Assembly (NCBI GenBank): GCA_964604915.1
Contig: CAZSAA010000002.1
Span: forward strand, 1,783 to 46,537
DNA: 44,755 nucleotides
Reading direction: 5' to 3'
Source: an uncultured Gammaproteobacteria bacterium
GTDB lineage: Bacteria > Patescibacteriota > Patescibacteriia > Patescibacteriales > UBA12465
Within the stretch, counting starts at the first letter, position 1. Every line of letters starts with the position of its first letter. Below the pieces are notes generated by a model. It was given only the letters and a program-made list of their open reading frames with translations, ran no database searches and was not told where the DNA came from. Below, one piece after another: positions 34,037-40,918 of the stretch. The translations under genes were made by a program, and so were the position numbers.

Positions 34037-36238
34037 ATGCAGCTAATAATAGTAGAATCCCCCACAAAAGCTAAGACAATCTCCAAATTCCTAGGCAAAG
34101 GATACCTGGTCGAATCGTCTTTCGGCCATATTCGCGACCTGCCGGAGAAGAAGATGGGCATCGATATCGAAAACGGTTTCGAACCGGAATACGTGATACC
34201 GAAAAAAGCTAAGCCGGTGGTCAAGAAGCTGGCCGACCAAGCTAAGAAATCCGCTGAGGTCATCCTAGCTTCCGATGAAGACCGCGAAGGAGAAGCGATC
34301 GCTTGGCATCTGAGCCAAGCACTTGATCTCCCAGCGGAAAACACCAAGCGCATCGTCTTCCATGAGATTACCAAAGAAGCCATCGAAGAAGCGATGAAAT
34401 CTCCCCGGACCATCGATATGAAGCTGGTGGAAGCCCAACAAGCTAGACGCTTGCTTGATCGCTTAGTCGGCTATGAGCTCTCCCCCTTCCTCTGGAAGAA
34501 AGTAGCTAGAGGCCTCTCGGCCGGACGCGTACAAAGCGCCGCTATCCGCCTGATTGTCGAACGAGAAGAAGAGATAAAAGCTTTCAAGGCCCAGAAATAT
34601 TGGAGCTTAGAGGCTAAATTCCGTGCGCTCTCCCAGAAAGATTCGGAATTAGTCGCTCAGCTTATCGCCGTCGCTGGAAAATCTTTCGATAAACTTAGTC
34701 TCAACGAAATCCGAGCGAAAGAAATAGAAGCCGACCTCAAGGTATCACAGCTAAGCATCAAGGATGTCGCTAAGAAAGCCACCAAAAAAGAACCGCCGGC
34801 CCCTTTTACCACCTCCACCCTGCAACAGACCGCTAACCGCTGGCTAGGATTTAGCGCCAAGCAGACCATGACCGTCGCCCAGAAACTCTACGAAGAAGGA
34901 CATATTACCTATATGCGCACCGACTCGGTCAATCTTTCCAGTAAGTTCACCCAGGAAGCAAAAGCATACATCACCACGGCTCTAGGCCAAGAATATGCTT
35001 TGGAAAAGCCGAGATTCTTCAAGAACCGCAGCAAAAACGCACAAGAAGCGCATGAAGCCGTCCGCCCTACCGATGCCACCCTTGATCCCGAACAGATGGA
35101 GGGAAAGTTAGAGCCAGGCCAATTGAAGCTATACCGCCTTATCTGGCAACGATCCATAGCTACGCAGATGGCCGCCGCGGAAATGGATAATTCTTCTATC
35201 ACGGTCGAGGCCAAGGGGAAGGAAAGGTATGATTTCCGCGCTACTGGGCAAATTATCCGTTTCCCGGGCTACCTCAAGCTATACCCGGAAAAAGTGAGCG
35301 AACAAGACCTGCCGAGCCTGGATAAGGACGAAGCGATCGCCTTGGTATCTTCCTCAAGCATCGAACACGAGACCAAGGCACCGGCGAGATACTCGGATGC
35401 CGGACTGGTCAAGGAAATGGAAAAATACGGCATCGGTCGCCCATCCACCTACGCCGCAACCATATCCACCGTCATCGCCCGCAACTACGTAGAACGCGCG
35501 GATGACAAGCGATTAGCTCCCACACCGATTGCCTTCGTGGTTAATAAGGTGCTGACCGAACACTTTCCCCTGATCGTGGACTATAAGTTCACCGCCCAGA
35601 TGGAAGACGACCTAGACGAAGTGGCCGAAGGCAAGAAAAAGTGGGTACCGCTCCTAGACGGCTTCTATAGCGAATTCCACCGTAACCTGGAGAACAAATA
35701 TGAAGAAATTAAGAAAAGCGATATTATGCCAGAAGAAAGATCCGATGAGAAATGCGATAAATGCGGCGCGCCGATGATAATCAAGACCGGCCGCTTCGGC
35801 AAGTTCCTCGCCTGCAGCGCCTTCCCCGACTGTAAGAACATCAAGTCGATGGACAAGAAGAAAGATGAGGAACTGGAGAAGATCCAGGCCGAGCACGCTG
35901 ATGAGAAATGCGACAAGTGCGGCGCCGATATGGTCGCCAAGAAAGGCAAATTTGGGCCCTTCCTCGCCTGCAGCGCCTTCCCCAAATGCCGCAATATCAA
36001 GAATATCGGAGGTAATGGCGCCAGTAGCGAAGAGACCATCGATTGCCCGGCCTGCAAGAAAGGAAAGATAGTGGCTAAGCGCAGCCGTCGCGGCATCTTC
36101 TACGCCTGCAACCAATATCCAGCCTGCAAGAACGCCTATCCTGACAAACCGACCGGCAAAATGTGCGACCTGTGCGGCTCACCCATGTTACAGAAGAAGG
36201 ACGGCGACGAATATTGCAGCAACAAGGAGTGCGAATAG
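34037..36238 (+). CDS. topA: DNA topoisomerase I (type IA) with four C-terminal Zn-ribbon modules
   Basis: MQLIIVESPTKAKTISKFLG is the conserved N-terminus, so the start is placed at ATG 34037 rather than the tracked 33911. The Toprim motif DEDREGEAIAWH is present. The active-site Tyr is in ITYMRTDS. CxxC...CxxC repeats lie at the C-terminus. Confidence 0.93.
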   Translation: MQLIIVESPTKAKTISKFLGKGYLVESSFGHIRDLPEKKMGIDIENGFEPEYVIPKKAKPVVKKLADQAKKSAEVILASDEDREGEAIAWHLSQALDLPAENTKRIVFHEITKEAIEEAMKSPRTIDMKLVEAQQARRLLDRLVGYELSPFLWKKVARGLSAGRVQSAAIRLIVEREEEIKAFKAQKYWSLEAKFRALSQKDSELVAQLIAVAGKSFDKLSLNEIRAKEIEADLKVSQLSIKDVAKKATKKEPPAPFTTSTLQQTANRWLGFSAKQTMTVAQKLYEEGHITYMRTDSVNLSSKFTQEAKAYITTALGQEYALEKPRFFKNRSKNAQEAHEAVRPTDATLDPEQMEGKLEPGQLKLYRLIWQRSIATQMAAAEMDNSSITVEAKGKERYDFRATGQIIRFPGYLKLYPEKVSEQDLPSLDKDEAIALVSSSSIEHETKAPARYSDAGLVKEMEKYGIGRPSTYAATISTVIARNYVERADDKRLAPTPIAFVVNKVLTEHFPLIVDYKFTAQMEDDLDEVAEGKKKWVPLLDGFYSEFHRNLENKYEEIKKSDIMPEERSDEKCDKCGAPMIIKTGRFGKFLACSAFPDCKNIKSMDKKKDEELEKIQAEHADEKCDKCGADMVAKKGKFGPFLACSAFPKCRNIKNIGGNGASSEETIDCPACKKGKIVAKRSRRGIFYACNQYPACKNAYPDKPTGKMCDLCGSPMLQKKDGDEYCSNKECE
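35744..36001 (+). repeat. Tandem 102-nt direct repeat (period 156 nt) encoding two near-identical topA Zn-ribbon modules
   Basis: Copies lie at 35744-35845 and 35900-36001. Both begin gatgagaaatgcga and share an exact 24-mer, ttcctcgcctgcagcgccttcccc (35804-35827 and 35960-35983). Confidence 0.8.
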
Positions 36239-36279
36239 CCGGACCCATAGAAAAAATAACTTGGAGAAATAATATTGAG

Positions 36280-36318
36280 CTAATAAAAAAGAAGCCCTAT
36301 ATTCCATAAGACTTCTTT
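36280..36318 (-). terminator. Candidate terminator after the 91-aa gene
   Basis: The minus strand reads AAAGAAG-17 nt loop-CTTCTTT followed by TTTTATT. The large loop makes it only moderate. Confidence 0.4.
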
Positions 36319-36319
36319 A

Positions 36320-36595
36320 TCAAGGCCTCTCTAACCAAAGGTCACCAAGCAAGGTGACCATGACTAGATCTTCATCCTGCCCTGCCTTTAACTCCAGCCT
36401 GACGAACTCATAGCTCTGGTCAGAATAGAAGCCTTCAATATAGGCATCGAGGTCCTGTTCCACGTCTTTGACTACGAAACTGATGCCCGACATCCTGATC
36501 GACTCCCCGATCCGAGGCGCATGCGGCACTCTTAGCCGCCGAAAGAATACCCGGTCATTTATAGAGACCTGATAAGTGATGGGTATAATTTTCAT
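36320..36595 (-). CDS. Hypothetical small soluble protein (91 aa), monocistronic
   Basis: The ORF is preceded by AGGAGG (36606-36601) 5 nt from the ATG and has its own promoter. No motif is recognised. Confidence 0.65.
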   Translation of the reverse strand: MKIIPITYQVSINDRVFFRRLRVPHAPRIGESIRMSGISFVVKDVEQDLDAYIEGFYSDQSYEFVRLELKAGQDEDLVMVTLLGDLWLERP

Positions 36596-36650
36596 TTCTT
36601 CCTCCTTCCTGTCGTTTAATTTAAGGTTCTAAAAGAATAATATTCCCTAA

Positions 36651-36680
36651 ATCATAGCAAATAATACCGAAAGGTGCCAA
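36651..36680 (-). promoter_or_regulatory. Candidate promoter of the 91-aa gene
   Basis: The minus strand reads TTGGCA-18 nt-(TGC)TATGAT, with an extended -10 TGn. Confidence 0.5.
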
Positions 36681-36696
36681 TTTTTATCTATTGATG

Positions 36697-36728
36697 CCAA
36701 AAAGCCTCCCGACTAGGAGGCTTTTTTG
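36697..36728. terminator. Rho-independent terminator ending the valS-pheST operon (bidirectional form)
   Basis: AAAAAGCCTCC-cgacta-GGAGGCTTTTTT: a 7-bp GC-rich stem and 6-nt loop, with an A-run and a T-run flanking. It lies 17 nt after the stop of the 105-aa gene. Confidence 0.75.
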
Positions 36729-36744
36729 TATCTAACGATATTCC

Positions 36745-37062
36745 TTAAGATTGTTTCTTCTTCTTGCTGGATTTTTTCTCTTCCGATCTCTTCTCGTAGC
36801 GATTCTTGGCTAGTTCGCTCACCTTTTTGATAATCTCGCCGGCCATCATGACATAGGAGGCGCTGTTGTGCACCTTGTCCTTTATCATATCCATCAATTG
36901 CTCCGCCTTATCGACTCCCGCCTCGACCTTCTTTATCACCCGATGTATCCTCTGGACACTCGAGATAAAGTAATATAGGGCCCAGCAGAGGAAGAAAGTC
37001 AGTACCGCGATACAGATCGACAGTACTAGGTGGAGGATGTCGCCTGAAGTTTGGAATAGCAT
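36745..37062 (-). CDS. Small N-terminally anchored coiled-coil protein with Lys-rich tail (DUF948-like by architecture)
   Basis: One TM helix (ILHLVLSICIAVLTFFLCWALYYFI) is followed by a helical region and then KRSEEKKSSKKKKQS. It is the last gene of the aaRS operon. Confidence 0.6.
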   Translation of the reverse strand: MLFQTSGDILHLVLSICIAVLTFFLCWALYYFISSVQRIHRVIKKVEAGVDKAEQLMDMIKDKVHNSASYVMMAGEIIKKVSELAKNRYEKRSEEKKSSKKKKQS

Positions 37063-37073
37063 ATGTTTTTAGA

Positions 37074-39497
37074 TTATATAGATCTAACCTTAGCCGCGAA
37101 GCGCTCTGACATCCTCTGTATCATCACCTTTTCCGCTTCTTCGACCTCCTGCGAAGTAAGAGTCCTCTCGGGAGATTGGTACCAGATGTGGAAAGCAAGG
37201 CTCTTCTTGCCTTCCCCGAGTTCCTCTCCTCGATATACATCAAACAACTCTATCTTCGCCACCAATCCGCCACTGGGCTGCAATTCTTGGCTGATATCAT
37301 TATACTCTATTTCTTCATCAATAACAAAGGCTAAGTCGCGCGATACGGCCGGGAATTTAGGCAAGCCATGATACCGACGCAATGGCGCCTGCAAGCTCGC
37401 TCCTAAGAGATCGTCAAAAGATATTTCGGCATAGGCGGCACCTTTCTTGAGTCCGGATTCCGCCGCTGCCTTCCCATCTATCGGCGCGACATAGCCGATA
37501 TTGCCTTCTCCGATATTGATATTGGCATAGGCGCCAGAAGCGGCCCAAAGCGGAGCATCTTCCGCACTAAGGAAACGCGGTTCTTCTTCTAGCAATTGGC
37601 GACAAAGCAAGGCGACAACACCCTTGACCCTAGCAAAGCAATCTTCCTTAGCGGAGGAGAAGATGATGCCGACCTTCTTGCCCTGATGCGGCAGATACCC
37701 ACTATCTTTCTCGGGTGATGCGTTATATTTTCCCGGCAAGTCGATAAATACCCGCCCGACTTCGAACAAACCTACTTCCTCATAATTGAATTGGTTAGCC
37801 TTAACCGAAGCGAGCAGCCCCAAAAGCAGATTCTGGCGCAAGAAGGCCAATTGCTGGGAAAGAGGATTGGCCAACTTGAGATGTTTGGCCGGATCGAATC
37901 CCGCCTTCTTGAGGACAGCTTCTCCCACGAAAGAATAGTTATATGCTTCCGATAATCCAGCATCGCGACAGAGAACGTCTTTTACCTGGTCCTCCAATCG
38001 GCGATCTTCCATCACTGGCGGCAAGGAAAGCTCGACTTTTGGGAAACGCGATTCGATCTTGTCATACCCATAAATACGGGCAATCTCTTCCAGGACGTCT
38101 TCGGCGATAGATACATCTTTGACCGAGCGCCAACTAGGTATATCGATGACAAGCTCATCCGCTTCTTCGGCAACAACGAAGCCGAGCTTCTCTAATATAT
38201 CCTTGATCTGTTCCTGTGGGATAGTTTGGCCTAGCTTAGTCTCTATCCAGCTATATGACATCTTCACCTGCTTGACGCTCTCGTCATAGTGGCTGATATC
38301 GGTAACACGGCTGGCGATCTCCATTGTAGGGCATGATTCCTTGAGCAGTTCCAAAGCGCGCTTGAGAGCGGTCTCGCAATCACGCGGATCCAAGCCCTTC
38401 TCGAAACGCACGGATGACTCGGTCCGGGAAGCGATGGCTTCCGAAGTCCGCCGGATCGAGGCCGGTTCGAAGTTAGCTGCTTCGAAGATGATAGAAACGG
38501 TGTCAGCAGAAATAGCGCTATCCTGCCCACCCATGACCCCAGCGACCGCGATAGCTTCCTTAGCATTAGCGATGACCAGCATCGAGGGCTCCAGCTCCTT
38601 AGCCTTGCCATCAAGGGTCATTATCTCTTCACCTTTCTTGGCTAGGCGTACGATTATCTCCGGCGCTTTAGCGGCATCGAAAGCGTGCATAGGTTGGCCG
38701 AGTTCCCACATCACATAATTACTGATATCGACTATATTATTTATCGGCTTGAGGCCGACGGCCAGCAGGCGTTTCTGGATAGCCTGGCTCGAAGGTTTAA
38801 CCTCCACCCCGTCCACCTTTATCGCCATATAACGAGGGCAAAGCTTCTTTTCCTCTACCTTCACGTCCAATTTCGGTAATTTATCTTCTTCACCCGGAAG
38901 CAGGGATTCTCCCTTGAGATATGGCTGGAGCGGGATGTTATATAGGGCGCTAAGCTCGCGCGCTAAGCCATATTGGCCCCAGAGATCGCCACGGTTAGAT
39001 AATGACTTATTATCTATTTCTAAAACGGTATCATCCAAGCCCAGATACTCGGCGAAGGGCTGGCCGACCTTAGCCTTCTTGTCGAGCACCATGATACCTT
39101 CATGATTAGTGCCGAGCCCCAGTTCATCCTCAGCGCAAATCATGCCAGAAGATTTCTGTCCCCTGATTTCGCTTTCCTTTATCTCCACCCCATTGGGAAG
39201 CTTGGCACCGACGAGCGATACCGCTACCATCTGCCCGGCCTCGAGATTCGGGGCGCCACAGACGATGGTAAGTTCCTCCTCCTTCACATCTACTTGCGCT
39301 ACCCGCAAACGGTCAGCATTGGGGTGCTTGGCGACAGAGAGCACTTTTCCCACCACCACCTTGTCGAAGGAAGCCCCCTGTTTAGTCGCTTTCTCCACCT
39401 CGACAGTGTGAGCAGTGAGCAAGTCGGAAATCTCCTGCACGCTAGCTTTTTTGGGAAGAGAGACAAATTCTTGTATCCAGTCTAAAGATATATACAT
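37074..39497 (-). CDS. pheT: Phenylalanine--tRNA ligase beta subunit
   Basis: MYISLDWIQEF is the typical N-terminus. The tRNA-binding domain VVGKVLSVAKHPNADRLRVAQVDV, the B3/4 and B5 regions and a FDX-ACB-like C-terminus are present. The start is placed at ATG 39497, 10 nt after the pheS stop, rather than at 39557. Confidence 0.92.
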   Translation of the reverse strand: MYISLDWIQEFVSLPKKASVQEISDLLTAHTVEVEKATKQGASFDKVVVGKVLSVAKHPNADRLRVAQVDVKEEELTIVCGAPNLEAGQMVAVSLVGAKLPNGVEIKESEIRGQKSSGMICAEDELGLGTNHEGIMVLDKKAKVGQPFAEYLGLDDTVLEIDNKSLSNRGDLWGQYGLARELSALYNIPLQPYLKGESLLPGEEDKLPKLDVKVEEKKLCPRYMAIKVDGVEVKPSSQAIQKRLLAVGLKPINNIVDISNYVMWELGQPMHAFDAAKAPEIIVRLAKKGEEIMTLDGKAKELEPSMLVIANAKEAIAVAGVMGGQDSAISADTVSIIFEAANFEPASIRRTSEAIASRTESSVRFEKGLDPRDCETALKRALELLKESCPTMEIASRVTDISHYDESVKQVKMSYSWIETKLGQTIPQEQIKDILEKLGFVVAEEADELVIDIPSWRSVKDVSIAEDVLEEIARIYGYDKIESRFPKVELSLPPVMEDRRLEDQVKDVLCRDAGLSEAYNYSFVGEAVLKKAGFDPAKHLKLANPLSQQLAFLRQNLLLGLLASVKANQFNYEEVGLFEVGRVFIDLPGKYNASPEKDSGYLPHQGKKVGIIFSSAKEDCFARVKGVVALLCRQLLEEEPRFLSAEDAPLWAASGAYANINIGEGNIGYVAPIDGKAAAESGLKKGAAYAEISFDDLLGASLQAPLRRYHGLPKFPAVSRDLAFVIDEEIEYNDISQELQPSGGLVAKIELFDVYRGEELGEGKKSLAFHIWYQSPERTLTSQEVEEAEKVMIQRMSERFAAKVRSI

Positions 39498-39507
39498 ATA
39501 GGTCAAG

Positions 39508-40530
39508 TTAGAACTGTTCGAGGAAGCGCAGGTCGTTGCCGGTAAGCAGCCTGACATCGTCGATATTATATTTGAGCATCGCCAGACGGCTCAAGCCGAA
39601 ACCGAAAGCGAAACCGGAATATTTCTTCGGGTCGATACCGCCCGCCTCGAGAACGCGTGGATGGATGAGGCCGCAGCCGACTATCTCCAACCAGCCGGTG
39701 TCCTTGCAAACACGGCAGCCTTGGCCATTACAAAGGAAGCAAGTATATTCGCCATTCGATCCTGGTTCGACAAAGGGATAGAACTTGGGCCGCATGCGGA
39801 TCTTAGTGTCCGGCCCATACAGGCGCTGTCCGACTATTTCGAACACTTTCTTAAGGTGCGCGAAATTAATATCTTCCGCAATCATCAGGCCTTCGAATTG
39901 ATAGAAAGTATGCTCATGGCGCGCATCGGTCGCTTCATTGCGGAAAACGCGTCCAGGCATCACTACCCGAAGCGGCGCGCCTAGCTTCCGCATGGCTCGC
40001 ACTTGCAAGTTAGAGGTCTGGGTACGCATAAGCAGATCAAGCTTGCCGTCCTCGCCCTTCTTGTCGACATAGAAAGTATCTTGCATATCGCGCGCCGGAT
40101 GGTCAGCCGGAATATTTAGGGAAGCGAAATTATAGTAGTCGCTATCTAGCTCCGGCCCATCGAAGACGGAAAACCCCAGAGAAGCAAAGATGTCGACCAG
40201 CTCCCTTTCCATCAGGGTGATGGGGCTTAGATGGCCTTGAGGCAAAGTTTGGCCAGGCAAGGTCGGATCTATATTACCGCCTGATATAGGCAAGAAACGG
40301 CGCTTGGCCTGTTCCAGGCTAGCGCTAAGCGCGGCCTTCACTTCATTGGCGAGCGGACCGAATTCTTTTTTCTGCTCATCGCTCATGTCTTTGATGCCTT
40401 TCATGATCTGGCTCAAAGGACCTTTGCGGGAAAAATATTTCAGTTCCGTTTCGCGGATGCCGTCAGCATCCTTGACAGTTGATATGGCACTTTCTATCTC
40501 TGCCCGCAATCGTTGCAATTGTTCTTTCAT
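39508..40530 (-). CDS. pheS: Phenylalanine--tRNA ligase alpha subunit
   Basis: Class II motifs HPARDMQDTFY, FRNEATDARHEHTFYQFEG and GFAFGFGLSRLAML are present. The protein is 340 aa. Confidence 0.95.
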   Translation of the reverse strand: MKEQLQRLRAEIESAISTVKDADGIRETELKYFSRKGPLSQIMKGIKDMSDEQKKEFGPLANEVKAALSASLEQAKRRFLPISGGNIDPTLPGQTLPQGHLSPITLMERELVDIFASLGFSVFDGPELDSDYYNFASLNIPADHPARDMQDTFYVDKKGEDGKLDLLMRTQTSNLQVRAMRKLGAPLRVVMPGRVFRNEATDARHEHTFYQFEGLMIAEDINFAHLKKVFEIVGQRLYGPDTKIRMRPKFYPFVEPGSNGEYTCFLCNGQGCRVCKDTGWLEIVGCGLIHPRVLEAGGIDPKKYSGFAFGFGLSRLAMLKYNIDDVRLLTGNDLRFLEQF

Positions 40531-40537
40531 ATGATTA

Positions 40538-40918
40538 TTAACGACTTTTCTTGTAGTTTATGAAAAATAGCTCGATGATGGCAAATACCACCAGCAGCAG
40601 GAAGATATTGATCCATGTGAATAGATGCTGGGATAGCAGAAAAAGAGCCGACAATAAGAAGAGGCCGAATAGGAAGGATTGACGAAAGGCGATCTTGACC
40701 AGATTGAATTCTAATTCCTTCTTCATCAGCCCGAAACGTACCAAAAACCCCAAGATGGCGGCGGTCCCGCTGCTAGCTAAGAAGAAGGCGATATAGAAAA
40801 GGGCGATTCCGAGCCAATTAGTGGCTTGCGGATTAACGACACTGACGATGAAAGCGACCACCAGCCAACATATGGCAGAAAGGATGGCCATCATCAATAG
40901 ATATTTCTTTAGGGTCAT
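40538..40918 (-). CDS. Hypothetical four-TM membrane protein (126 aa)
   Basis: The protein is hydrophobic throughout. Its start overlaps the valS stop (ATGA at 40915-40918). Its stop is 7 nt before the pheS ATG. Confidence 0.6.
   Translation of the reverse strand: MTLKKYLLMMAILSAICWLVVAFIVSVVNPQATNWLGIALFYIAFFLASSGTAAILGFLVRFGLMKKELEFNLVKIAFRQSFLFGLFLLSALFLLSQHLFTWINIFLLLVVFAIIELFFINYKKSR

Noticed and set aside
39498-39557. A longer pheT start at 39557, as given in the ORF track.
   Set aside because: It would overlap pheS by 50 nt. The conserved PheT N-terminus (MYISLDWIQEF) starts at ATG 39497, 10 nt after the pheS stop.
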